A DNA stretch of 64,000 nucleotides from Candidatus Falkowbacteria bacterium. Its GTDB lineage: Bacteria > Patescibacteriota > Patescibacteriia > UBA11705. The translations under genes were made by a program, and so were the position numbers. The stretch covers positions 136,912-200,911 of the forward strand of contig DOZJ01000006.1 of NCBI GenBank assembly GCA_003518055.1, read 5' to 3'. The notes below the pieces were generated by a model, which saw nothing but the letters and a program-made list of their open reading frames with translations, searched no databases and was not told the origin of the DNA. Shown here piece after piece: positions 8,923-18,397 of the stretch (position 1 is its first letter; the number at the start of each line of letters is the position of its first letter).

Positions 8923-8950
8923 ATTATAGCAAAATTAAGTAATTTGTCAA
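8923..8950 (-). promoter_or_regulatory. Convergent sigma70-type promoter pointing at the NYN 3' end
   Basis: Minus strand TTGACA-16-TATAAT with TGn, no ORF downstream. Confidence 0.6.
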
Positions 8951-8991
8951 TGTATCCACAGGGTTATAGTAGTTTTGGCTAAATTAATGGA

Positions 8992-9016
8992 GACCCTGAA
9001 ATAAATTCAGGGTGAC
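8992..9016. repeat. REP-like hairpin (ccctgaa...ttcaggg family)
   Basis: gaccctgaa ataaa ttcagggtgac; related copy at 10254-10299. Confidence 0.55.
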
Positions 9017-9030
9017 GGATTGGAAAATAT

Positions 9031-10245
9031 ATGAAAATCGGCATTGATGCCTCGCGGGCGAATAAGCCCATAAAGACCGGCGTGGAGTGGTATTCATACC
9101 ATATAATTCAAGAACTCAAAAAAATTGACAGCGACAATCAATATTTTTTGTATACCAACACGCCGCTTGATATGGGGTTGGAGAAGTGTCCGGGGAATTT
9201 CAAAGAGGTGTGGCTCAAATGGCCGCTTCGCTATATGTGGACTTTGATTCGGCTCAGCTGTGAAATAAAATTCGGGAAAACCAAACCGGATTTGTTGTTT
9301 GTGCCGGCTCATACGCTGCCGCTGGTTAATCCATCCAAATCGGTGGTAACCATTCATGACATCGGATATGAACGCTTTCCGGATTTGTACAAATGGCCGC
9401 AAAGATTTTATCACAAATGGAGCTCAAGATTTGTAAAAAAACACGCGACAAAAATTTTGACCGTGTCGGAATTTTCCAAAAAAGAAATAATGGAAGTGTA
9501 TGGCGTGCCGGAGGAAAAAATCGCGGTGGTTTATAATGGGTATGATAAAGATGTATATGGGTTAAGGGGGCGTGAGGGGGCTGAAGAGGGTGGGGTTACG
9601 AAATTACCCACCTACGCTGATGCTCCGGCGGGCAGGCAAAACATTACCCGCCTACGCATGGGCTACGGCGGGCAGGCAAAAAGTTACGAAAACAAGACTG
9701 CTGTAAATGGGCAGTATATGATGTTCGTCGGCCGGTTGGAGGCGAAGAAAAATATTGAGCGTCTGCTTGACGCGTTTGTGACTTTCAAGGCCAAAAATCC
9801 TGAGGATAAACACAAACTGGTGTTGGTTGGCAAGCCAAGGCCGGAGTTTCAGCAAAAGATGATGCGGCTCGCCCTTGAAAATAAAGATAATGATATTATT
9901 CATTTTGAATATTTGAAGGCGGCCGAGGTGGCGTCGTTGTTGCATCGGGCGGATTTGTTTGTGTTTCCGTCGTTGTATGAAGGTTTTGGCATTCCGGTGC
10001 TGGAAGCCATGGCCTGCGGCTGTCCGGTGATTTGCGCCAATACGACATCTTTGCCTGAAGTCGCGGGTGAAGCCGCGATTATGTTTGATCCCGAACGGGT
10101 GGATTTGATCGTAAAGGCGATGGAAACCGTGCTTTTTAATCCCACCGTTGCGGTGGCGTTGAAGGAAAAAGGTTTGGAGCGCGTCAAGGCGTTTTCATGG
10201 AATAAAGCAGCGAGGGAGATAAAGGAGATTATGGAAAAAATATGA
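9031..10245 (+). CDS. Glycosyltransferase family 4 with a repeat-derived in-frame insertion
   Basis: MKIGIDA, TIHD, FVGRLE.KKN, PSLYEGFGIPVLEAMACG; non-homologous insert around 9566-9695. Confidence 0.92.
   Translation: MKIGIDASRANKPIKTGVEWYSYHIIQELKKIDSDNQYFLYTNTPLDMGLEKCPGNFKEVWLKWPLRYMWTLIRLSCEIKFGKTKPDLLFVPAHTLPLVNPSKSVVTIHDIGYERFPDLYKWPQRFYHKWSSRFVKKHATKILTVSEFSKKEIMEVYGVPEEKIAVVYNGYDKDVYGLRGREGAEEGGVTKLPTYADAPAGRQNITRLRMGYGGQAKSYENKTAVNGQYMMFVGRLEAKKNIERLLDAFVTFKAKNPEDKHKLVLVGKPRPEFQQKMMRLALENKDNDIIHFEYLKAAEVASLLHRADLFVFPSLYEGFGIPVLEAMACGCPVICANTTSLPEVAGEAAIMFDPERVDLIVKAMETVLFNPTVAVALKEKGLERVKAFSWNKAAREIKEIMEKI
9607..9676 (+). repeat. Two 30-nt CARG-tailed hairpin elements inside the glycosyltransferase CDS
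   Basis: cccacctacgctgatgctccggcgggcagg (9607-9636) and cccgcctacgcatgggctacggcgggcagg (9647-9676). Confidence 0.85.
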
Positions 10246-10389
10246 GCGTAGTCTCCCTGAATCTTGTACCGGATTAGATCCGGTATTATTTCAGGGTAGC
10301 GACTTGTTTGTTTATAGTTTGAAACGAGTTCAGACTGACAAGGACTCGTGGGTTTATATGGAAATAAGAGTTTTGTGGTATAATTTATT

Positions 10390-11433
10390 ATGTCAGATCC
10401 CAAATTACAACTGGATTGGCAGGTGATTGGGCATGAACCGATTCTGCGGTTTTTGGAAAATAGTTTGGTCAAACGCTCACTGGCTCACGCCTATATTTTT
10501 GCCGGTCCGGCCAAAATCGGCAAGACAACAATCGCGAAACGATTTTGCCGCTTTGTTATTTGCGAGAAATTTACCAAATTGGATTTTTCGGTAAATGATC
10601 TTGCTCAGCTCGGATGTGGTGAGTGTAATCCATGCCGGATGAACGCCAAAGGTCTGTACGCTGATTTTCATATTGTTGAAAGAGAATTAAATAAGTCTGG
10701 AGTATTGAAGAAAAATATTTCGATTGAGCAGATTCGGAATTTGCGGTCACGGCTTAATAAACGATCATATCAAAATTCATATAAGGTGGTGTTAATTCCC
10801 GAAGCGGAGGCTTTGAGTGTGGAGGCTGGTAATGGGCTGCTTAAGTTTTTGGAAGAACCAACGCCCAAAACAATTTTGATTTTAAATGTTACGGACAAAA
10901 ATTTGGTTTTGCCAACCATATTGTCGCGGTGTCAGACCCTGCAGTTTGCGCCGGTGCCAAGAGAGACGGTTTATCAAGATCTTTTATCTCGCGGTTTGAA
11001 TAATAATGATGCGTGGGAGATAGCGGCATTATCAGCCGGACGGCCAACGGTTGCGGTTCAATTGGCTGAAAATAAGGACGTCTTTGATGAATATAAGAAA
11101 AATATTTCCGATATTTTTGGCTTATTGACGGTGAGTTTGAGCGAAAGGTGGTTGAGACTCGACAGCCTGCTTGGCCGGGCTGAGCAAAAACAAAAATCTT
11201 TAGCTATTATGCAGAATTTGTCGGCGATTTTCCGTGATTTGCAGTTGATTCAGATCTATCAGGATAATTTGATTCAGCATGTATTTTTGCGTGATGAATT
11301 ATCAGTATTGGGAAGACGGAACGTTTCTTGGTTTAAGAAAATCAAGCAGGTTCAGCGCGGAATAGATTTGGTTGAACGAAATGTCACTCCCCGGTTGGTT
11401 TTGGAAACCATATTGATGACTAATGAAGATTAA
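10390..11433 (+). CDS. holB: DNA polymerase III delta' subunit
   Basis: LAHAYIFAGP..GKT, zinc CGECNPC, LLKFLEEP, LPTILSRC. Confidence 0.9.
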   Translation: MSDPKLQLDWQVIGHEPILRFLENSLVKRSLAHAYIFAGPAKIGKTTIAKRFCRFVICEKFTKLDFSVNDLAQLGCGECNPCRMNAKGLYADFHIVERELNKSGVLKKNISIEQIRNLRSRLNKRSYQNSYKVVLIPEAEALSVEAGNGLLKFLEEPTPKTILILNVTDKNLVLPTILSRCQTLQFAPVPRETVYQDLLSRGLNNNDAWEIAALSAGRPTVAVQLAENKDVFDEYKKNISDIFGLLTVSLSERWLRLDSLLGRAEQKQKSLAIMQNLSAIFRDLQLIQIYQDNLIQHVFLRDELSVLGRRNVSWFKKIKQVQRGIDLVERNVTPRLVLETILMTNED

Positions 11434-11476
11434 AATTGATAAAAATATTTATTTAATAAAAAATAAAGACAAAAGT

Positions 11477-12553
11477 ATGGGACGTAAAATTATTTTAACC
11501 GGATTAATTTTAATGTTGTCAGTGACTCTCACCGGCTGTATTTCATTTGGGAAAAAAGAAACAGCGGCTGGCAGTGGTGTGGGCGCAGTTGCCACCGGCG
11601 ACAGAGGAGATACTTGGGTTGCGAAATATAAATTGATGACTCCCGGCGCGATTGAGGCCAATATCGGCGGTGTTAATGTCACGACGATCGAGATGGATCC
11701 GACTGATACTAACGCGATTTATATGGGTACGCGCGGTAATGGTTTGTATTATTCTTATAATGGCGGTGACGGGTGGGATCACGCGGATGTGTTGTCCAAA
11801 GTCGCGGCCGGACAGATCAATTCAATATCGATTGACGCCAAAGATAAATGCAGCGTGTACGCGGCGGTCACCAATAGAGTGGTTAAAACCAGTGACTGCA
11901 ATCGAACGTGGCAGCAGGTGTTTAACACGGCTAAAGCTGATGAGGCGGTAGTCGATGTGGTGGTGGATTGGTTTAATACTTCTATCGTTTACGCGGCGGC
12001 AAAAGACGGTTCAGTGTATCAGAGTGCTAATGCCGGCGCCAGCTGGGCTAAATTGGCGGATGTTGAGCAAGAAATCAAAGAATTGGAAATCAGTTCAAAA
12101 GACAGCCGCGTGTTATTTATGACAACTGTGGCGGCCGGATTGTACAAATCAACTGATGGCGGTAAAAGCTGGCTGAGTATGAATGAGCGGATGGAATCTT
12201 TGGGCGGCAAGTATCGCAATGGTTACGCGGTGGCAGTGTCGAAAAATAATCCGGGCAAAGTATTTTATCTGTCGCGTCTCGGGCTGCTTCAGAGTTTTGA
12301 TAACGGTGAAACTTGGTCAAAAATCGCATTATTAACCGGTGAAAACGAAGCGACGTTCAATGCTCTCGATGTTTCAGTCAAAGATGATAATTTGATCTTT
12401 TTGGTCAGCGGCAGTACACTTTATCGCACGGTGAATGGCGGTCAGACGTGGGAAACGAGGAAGCTTCCAAGCACGGCAATTTTAACTGATTTGGATGTTC
12501 ATCTGGCAAATGACAAGCTGTTGTTTGTCGGGTTCAGTGCGCCGCAGAAGTAG
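11477..12553 (+). CDS. Lipoprotein with BNR/Asp-box repeats (YCF48/sortilin-like beta-propeller)
   Basis: Lipobox LTGC; repeated SxDGGxTW motifs; start placed at MGRKII. Confidence 0.85.
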   Translation: MGRKIILTGLILMLSVTLTGCISFGKKETAAGSGVGAVATGDRGDTWVAKYKLMTPGAIEANIGGVNVTTIEMDPTDTNAIYMGTRGNGLYYSYNGGDGWDHADVLSKVAAGQINSISIDAKDKCSVYAAVTNRVVKTSDCNRTWQQVFNTAKADEAVVDVVVDWFNTSIVYAAAKDGSVYQSANAGASWAKLADVEQEIKELEISSKDSRVLFMTTVAAGLYKSTDGGKSWLSMNERMESLGGKYRNGYAVAVSKNNPGKVFYLSRLGLLQSFDNGETWSKIALLTGENEATFNALDVSVKDDNLIFLVSGSTLYRTVNGGQTWETRKLPSTAILTDLDVHLANDKLLFVGFSAPQK

Positions 12554-12585
12554 CGTTTAGCGTATAGGGTATAGCGTATAGAGTG
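12551..12585. repeat. Degenerate heptamer tandem array (TAGCGTA-type)
   Basis: tagcgtt tagcgta tagggta tagcgta tagagtg. Confidence 0.7.
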
Positions 12586-12625
12586 AAATAATATTTCAAA
12601 ATTAGAAATTAATTGTTAATATTTT

Positions 12626-13183
12626 ATGGCCAATCAATACATTGCGAAAAATCAGGAGGACGTGGACAAAGCGATTGATCATTTTAAATCGGAAATTTCA
12701 TCTCTGCGTACCGGTCGAGCCAATCCGGCGTTGGTTGAGAATGTTTTTGTCGAGTGTTATGGCGTAAAAACTCCGATCAAGCAATTGGCGAGTATTTCAG
12801 TTCCCGAGCCGCGGGTATTGCGGATTGAACCGTGGGATAAGAGTTTGTTAAAAGAGATTGAAAAAGGGATAAGCGCGGCTAATATGGGTTTTCAAGGGGT
12901 GATTGACGGTAATATTGTCCGTGTGACCTTGCCTCAAATGACCGAGGAAAACCGCAAGGATTTGATTAAAATTTTGAAAGAAAAATTGGAGGCAGCGAGA
13001 GTGGCGGTGCGGTCGATTCGGGAAAGAATCAAGGAAGATATTATGGAGGCGGAAAAAAATAAAGAATTGAGAGAAGACGATAGATTTGAGTTTATCAAAG
13101 AACTTGATCGGGAAATCGAAATGTGGAATAGGAATTTGGAAGATATCGGAGAGGCAAAGGAAAAAGAAGTTATGACGGTTTAA
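12626..13183 (+). CDS. frr: Ribosome recycling factor
   Basis: LRTGRANP, IEPWDKS, PQMTEENR, ARVAVRSIR. Confidence 0.96.
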   Translation: MANQYIAKNQEDVDKAIDHFKSEISSLRTGRANPALVENVFVECYGVKTPIKQLASISVPEPRVLRIEPWDKSLLKEIEKGISAANMGFQGVIDGNIVRVTLPQMTEENRKDLIKILKEKLEAARVAVRSIRERIKEDIMEAEKNKELREDDRFEFIKELDREIEMWNRNLEDIGEAKEKEVMTV

Positions 13184-13213
13184 TCGCAATAATTATTTTT
13201 GAAATAAAATTAT

Positions 13214-13960
13214 ATGCAATTTGATAAACCATTATCTACTCCAAGTACTGCGGCTGAAATGAAAAAGCAGGAGCTGCCAAAAATGGAGTCAATTAAACTG
13301 CGGTTAAAAGTTTTACGGCATTTTACGGAGCTTCGTGAGGTTGAGGATACGAGTTATGATTATAATAGAATACAGTGGTACGATGAAAATGATAAATTGA
13401 AGCTTCCAATGCCTGAACAATATGTTAAAGATCTCAATGAGGTTTTGGAACCAATGAAAGTTGATCTGGCTGAATATATGAGGGTAATGTGTAAGAAGCA
13501 AAATAAGGATTTTGCAAAGGAATGGTCATTGGTTGAGAAATTGATGTCTACCGTAATAGAGCCTTCACGTATAAACAGTGATTTTGGCCCGGGTGGAGAA
13601 TGGATAGAAAGTTTGGGTAGTTTGGAGCGTATCTACGAGAATGAATTGGATGATATTGAACCGATTTACACCTATGTGTCAAATTATTCTGTATCATTGG
13701 CTGATTTTGCGGCAGACCCGGATGAGTACGAATCTCATTCAACCGCAGCCTACAAAGTTTTGGGTGATTTGGCGATTAGGGTGAGATACAATCAAGATAT
13801 TGATTTTAAGGCAGATTATGAAGTGACAGATTTGGAAATGTTTCATACTGATCTCAAGAAATCTATGGACCGTCTCGCTGATGAGGCTCGGGAGCTTGAG
13901 GAAAAACTAGCTCGGGTAAATGAAGAAAAAGAGCGCCGGATGAAGTTATTACAAAAGTAA
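13214..13960 (+). CDS. Hypothetical acidic helical protein
   Basis: 248-aa ORF between frr and glyQS, C-terminal coiled coil. Confidence 0.7.
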   Translation: MQFDKPLSTPSTAAEMKKQELPKMESIKLRLKVLRHFTELREVEDTSYDYNRIQWYDENDKLKLPMPEQYVKDLNEVLEPMKVDLAEYMRVMCKKQNKDFAKEWSLVEKLMSTVIEPSRINSDFGPGGEWIESLGSLERIYENELDDIEPIYTYVSNYSVSLADFAADPDEYESHSTAAYKVLGDLAIRVRYNQDIDFKADYEVTDLEMFHTDLKKSMDRLADEARELEEKLARVNEEKERRMKLLQK

Positions 13961-15340
13961 ATGACTATGAAAAATACGAACGATAATTTAATGGACAAAA
14001 TCGTCAGCTTATGCAAACGGCGCGGTTTTATTTTTCCGTGCTCGGAAATTTACGGCGGTTTTGCCAATTCATACACCTATGGACCTTATGGCGTGGAATT
14101 GAAGCGCAATATCAAAGATTTGTGGTGGAAGATGTTTGTGTCTGACCGTGAGGATATGGTTGGCATTGATGGGCCAATTATTCTCCACCCGAAAGTATGG
14201 GAGGCGTCGGGACATACGACGAATTTTAACGACGCCATGGTTGACTGCAAAAAGTGCAAAAATCGGTTTCGCGCCGATCATTTGGTGGACGAGGCGACCG
14301 GTGAAGATATGGAGGGCAAGCTGGATGAAATGACAGCGGTTTTTGCGTCAGGTAAAATCAGTTGTCCGAATTGTGGCAAAAAAGATTGGACTGAGGTGCG
14401 CAGTTTTAACATGATGTTTGAAACTAAAATGAATACGGTCAGTGGCGAAGAAGCTAATATGGCTTATTTGCGGCCGGAAACCGCGCAGGCGATTTTTATT
14501 GAATTCAAAAACGTGATTGATTCCACTAGGGTGAAGCTGCCTTTTGGGATCGCGCAAATCGGTAAAGCTTTTCGTAATGAAATCGTGGCTGGAAATTTTA
14601 TTTTTAGGTTGAGAGAATTCGAACAGATGGAGATTGAATATTTTATCAATCCAAAGATGAAATGGGAAAAGATGTTTAATGATTGGTTGGTGTTTCAGGA
14701 AGAATTTGCGTATCGTTTGGGAGCCAAGAAAGAAGATTTGCGTCATTATGAGCATCCGGATGAAAAACGCGCGTTTTATTCCAAGAAAACGATTGACATC
14801 GAGTACAATTTCCCGTTTGGTTTCAAGGAATTGTTTGGATTGGCTCATCGTTCGGATTATGATTTGAAGCGTCATGCGGAATTTTCCGGTCAAAAATTGG
14901 AATATCTGGATCAGGAAACGAATGAAAAATTCATTCCTCACGTGCTCGAGCCGACATTTGGTTTGGATCGCAGCATTTTGGTGGCTTTATTGGCCGCGTA
15001 TAGAGAAGAAGAAGTTGAAGGTGAAGTCAGAACCGTGATGGCTTTCCCTAAAGATATCGCGCCGGTTCAGGTGGCGGTGTTTCCTTTATTAAAAAACAAA
15101 GAAAATCTTGTCGCCAAAGCGCGGGAAGTTTTTGGTATGTTGAAAAAAGAATTCCGGGTGGAATTCGACGACAACGGCAACATCGGCAAGCGCTACCGCC
15201 GGCAGGATGAAATCGGTACACCGTATTGTGTCACCATTGATTTTGATACGCTGGAAGACAATACCGTGACAATCAGAGATCGGGATACGATGAAGCAGGA
15301 ACGGGTCAAAATTTCCGATTTAGCGGAAGGTTTAAGTTGA
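13961..15340 (+). CDS. glyQS: Glycine--tRNA ligase, alpha2 (class IIa) type
   Basis: KRRGFIF, YLRPETAQ, GKAFRNEI, EFEQMEIE, GKRYRRQDEIGTP; start may be 13967. Confidence 0.96.
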   Translation: MTMKNTNDNLMDKIVSLCKRRGFIFPCSEIYGGFANSYTYGPYGVELKRNIKDLWWKMFVSDREDMVGIDGPIILHPKVWEASGHTTNFNDAMVDCKKCKNRFRADHLVDEATGEDMEGKLDEMTAVFASGKISCPNCGKKDWTEVRSFNMMFETKMNTVSGEEANMAYLRPETAQAIFIEFKNVIDSTRVKLPFGIAQIGKAFRNEIVAGNFIFRLREFEQMEIEYFINPKMKWEKMFNDWLVFQEEFAYRLGAKKEDLRHYEHPDEKRAFYSKKTIDIEYNFPFGFKELFGLAHRSDYDLKRHAEFSGQKLEYLDQETNEKFIPHVLEPTFGLDRSILVALLAAYREEEVEGEVRTVMAFPKDIAPVQVAVFPLLKNKENLVAKAREVFGMLKKEFRVEFDDNGNIGKRYRRQDEIGTPYCVTIDFDTLEDNTVTIRDRDTMKQERVKISDLAEGLS

Positions 15341-15690
15341 AATATGGAGCGTCAAGAGGTCAAACAATCAGATGTCTTGAAAGAATTGGAACAGTTGAAA
15401 ACGCCGGTAAGACGCTTTACGGAACAGGCGGCGCGTTCAGAGGGGGTGGATTTGGTGAAATCGAGCGTCGGTTGGTTTTGGAGTTGAAGTCAAGGGGGTA
15501 TCTTCATGGCCGCCAAGCCAGATCTTGGGTTGAGGCTGGTGGTGATCCGACAAAAGCGATGCATAATTACAAATTTTACCATTTTGCCATTGGTAGCAGT
15601 CTTGGGTTAGATAAATCCCTTTGGCCGCTGTATGATGATTTCCCGGGAGATGATTCAGTAATAAAAATTTTAAATAGTTGGGTTAAATGA
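15337..15690 (+). CDS. Hypothetical protein
   Basis: 117-aa ORF overlapping the glyQS stop (TTG start), followed by a terminator-like hairpin at 15700-15720. Confidence 0.45.
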   Translation: MKYGASRGQTIRCLERIGTVENAGKTLYGTGGAFRGGGFGEIERRLVLELKSRGYLHGRQARSWVEAGGDPTKAMHNYKFYHFAIGSSLGLDKSLWPLYDDFPGDDSVIKILNSWVK

Positions 15691-15857
15691 TAATCAAATC
15701 AGGCTTAGCGGCCTGTTTTTGTTTTACGTTGTAAATCGCCTAATGATTTAGATGTGAAGAAAATAATTGAGACATGTTTCTTCTTATATGAGTTATTTTA
15801 TTGAAAGAAATAAAAAGGCTATATTGCTTAAAATAAGTCTAAATTAGACTTTATCGG

Positions 15858-15886
15858 TTGACATTTTTGGTAAAATGTGATATCAT
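15858..15886 (+). promoter_or_regulatory. sigma70-type promoter with extended -10
   Basis: TTGACA-17-TATCAT with TGn. Confidence 0.7.
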
Positions 15887-15936
15887 GATAGGTCACCTAA
15901 TCGTGCGAGTAGCACCATTACGAAGGGAGGGGAGCC

Positions 15937-16476
15937 ATGAACGGCGGAATCGAGATTCTGTGTCCGAAGTGCGGCAGCTACGCCCACAATGGGCGGGACA
16001 ACTTCTGCGCCTCCTGTGGGCACCGGTTCGAGGCCAAGGACCGCGTCAAGCGGATCGGCGAGCTGCGCGACGAGGGAGTCTATCGGATTTCGATGGAAGC
16101 CTTCGAGGCAGAGTGTAACTGTGAGCCGCGGGAAGGTGGCTACCTCGACAGCTTGGTTGGCCGACATGCCACAGCCGTCCTGATCAAGCTGAAGTATCCG
16201 CGAGAGACCCACCCATACCTCTGCGGCTACTGTGGCAAGCGCGTCTCGGATTCGACCGACGGCAAGTGCGACACCTGCGCTCAGCAGCTGTGGGTGGAGC
16301 GGACCGACGAGTCCGAAGCCCGCTGGTGCTGGAACATGGAGTCGTACGGCACAGCGGTCAACTGTACCTGCGGCCTCGAGGTCTGGACCGACATGCCAGA
16401 GTGCCCCAAGTGCCGCAAGCCGATCGACGAGATCGTCGAGGCGGCATCGGAAGATGACGCAGACGACGACGATTAG
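15937..16476 (+). CDS. Multi zinc-ribbon protein (double-zinc-ribbon-like)
   Basis: CPKC/CASC, CGYC/CDTC, CTCG/CPKC pairs; acidic tail; GC-rich; GGAGG SD. Confidence 0.8.
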   Translation: MNGGIEILCPKCGSYAHNGRDNFCASCGHRFEAKDRVKRIGELRDEGVYRISMEAFEAECNCEPREGGYLDSLVGRHATAVLIKLKYPRETHPYLCGYCGKRVSDSTDGKCDTCAQQLWVERTDESEARWCWNMESYGTAVNCTCGLEVWTDMPECPKCRKPIDEIVEAASEDDADDDD

Positions 16477-16636
16477 AGCTTGGTTAGTTCGTCATTTCAA
16501 GTGACAAGGATAAATTTAATCTTTGATTTGTGAGAAGGTTGATAAACAGCCTTCTTTTTTGTTAATTTATTGGCTTTGATAAAGTTAAGTGATATAATAT
16601 GAATGAGTTAATTTATATTTATTTTTAAAATTGTCT

Positions 16637-18397
16637 ATGTTTGCAACAACCAAAGAAAAAGTTTATTTTATTGTTTTAATTGTGCTCGGGGTTTTGCTGG
16701 TGGTGTCAAACGCGGTGACGGTTTATTTTTTGGTCAGTCAAAATGATGATGTTTTACCGAATCAGGAAGATTTGACGAACGATCAAGGAGTAAATACCGA
16801 TGTGCCTGTGCCTAATAACGAAGATCAAAACGAACCGGACACTATTGTAGAAGATAATACTTCCGGTCAGCTGGAGGTCGAGTGGTTTGAGTTTCCGGCC
16901 AATGACACCGCGAAAAATTTTATCCCTTATACCTGGTATAGCGGCGATGAAGCCAAACAAAGAGAATTGACGCAGATGGTTGGATCATCGACTAAAGCGG
17001 GCCAAATCACGTCCGGTCAATTTAATAATTCACCTATTTATTTGGTTGAGGTCTATCCCGATGGGATAGGGTTTAGCAATGATTATTTTTGGTTAATTGA
17101 CGATCAAGAGAATAATCAATTGGTGGTGCTGGACAAGTATTCTACCTATTCAGGGGTAACTGAGTTGAGTAAATTGTTTGTTTTTAACAAAGATTTGACG
17201 ATTAAAAACTGGGACGCGCCGGAAACAATCAATATTCCAGGTAGTTCCTATAAACTGGTTCGGGCGGAAATGAGATCGGTGCGGTTAATCTCGAGTTATA
17301 ATTTAACGCGGCAATTCAAATACAATAATGATGATTATGTTTATTGGGATCAGAATTCCGGATGTTTTATCATCAAACGTCAAGGAAATACGGTCCAGGA
17401 TTATTATTTGGACGTGGAATTCATGACTGGCAATAGGGAAAGCGGCGGCTTGGCGCTTACTAACCAGATTTTGAAGTTTCGCTGGAACGGCGGAGCAAAC
17501 AATGATAAAGAATATGAGACGACCAGAATGACCGGCTGCGGTTCGGCCGGATGTTATTCTTATGTGACTAATTTGAAAGAAAGCGAATTGATAAAGGTGG
17601 GAGAAACAGCTACCGATGGTATTTTATATGCCTATAATACAAACATTAAATTTGAAGATTTGGATAAAGGACACAGGCTATGGAGTTCTTATAAATCATA
17701 TTATCCGGGTTATGATGAAGAAAGCGGTGAAACCTTGGAAAAAGATAATTTTGCCAACTATTTATCCGATTATCCACTGTTATATTGGAAAGATCCGTTT
17801 GGCCGCTGGATGGAATTTATCTATATCAAATATCAACCGGCGGTGGAATGCGGTAAACCGGTGATTTATTTGTATCCGGAAGAAGATATGAATATTGACG
17901 TGAAAGTTGAGCCGACCGGAGGGATCAAAATCAGCGAGCCGAATTATGGAGACGGCTGGTCAGTCAAAGCGTCCACCGATAGCCAACTGTTTAATTTGAG
18001 TGACAAAAAAACTTATCCGTATTTATTCTGGGAAGGCTATGGGTACAAATATACTCAGCCGGATAAAGGCTATGTGGTAAAACAGGCGGAAGTAAAACCG
18101 TTTTTAATGCACATTTTGGGTCAACTTGGGTTGAGTGAAAAAGAAACCGCTGATTTCAATGAGTTCTGGGTGCCAAAAATGCAGGAAAAGCCATATTATT
18201 TCATCACCTTTCTGCCTCAGACGGAATTTGATAAAATCGCGCCGTTAACCGTTACGCCAAAGGCTGATACCACCATCCGCGTCTTTATGGATTACAAGGG
18301 TTTGGATGAATGGCAAAATGTTGAGCCGCTTAATATTCGAACACCGAAAAGAAATGGCTTCACGGTAGTCGAGTGGGGCGGCGCGCTGCATGACTAA
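16637..18397 (+). CDS. Membrane-anchored extracellular protein with C-terminal KPVIYLYP domain
   Basis: N-terminal TM helix; KPVIYLYP, YPYLFWEG, FTVVEWGG conserved blocks. Confidence 0.8.
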   Translation: MFATTKEKVYFIVLIVLGVLLVVSNAVTVYFLVSQNDDVLPNQEDLTNDQGVNTDVPVPNNEDQNEPDTIVEDNTSGQLEVEWFEFPANDTAKNFIPYTWYSGDEAKQRELTQMVGSSTKAGQITSGQFNNSPIYLVEVYPDGIGFSNDYFWLIDDQENNQLVVLDKYSTYSGVTELSKLFVFNKDLTIKNWDAPETINIPGSSYKLVRAEMRSVRLISSYNLTRQFKYNNDDYVYWDQNSGCFIIKRQGNTVQDYYLDVEFMTGNRESGGLALTNQILKFRWNGGANNDKEYETTRMTGCGSAGCYSYVTNLKESELIKVGETATDGILYAYNTNIKFEDLDKGHRLWSSYKSYYPGYDEESGETLEKDNFANYLSDYPLLYWKDPFGRWMEFIYIKYQPAVECGKPVIYLYPEEDMNIDVKVEPTGGIKISEPNYGDGWSVKASTDSQLFNLSDKKTYPYLFWEGYGYKYTQPDKGYVVKQAEVKPFLMHILGQLGLSEKETADFNEFWVPKMQEKPYYFITFLPQTEFDKIAPLTVTPKADTTIRVFMDYKGLDEWQNVEPLNIRTPKRNGFTVVEWGGALHD

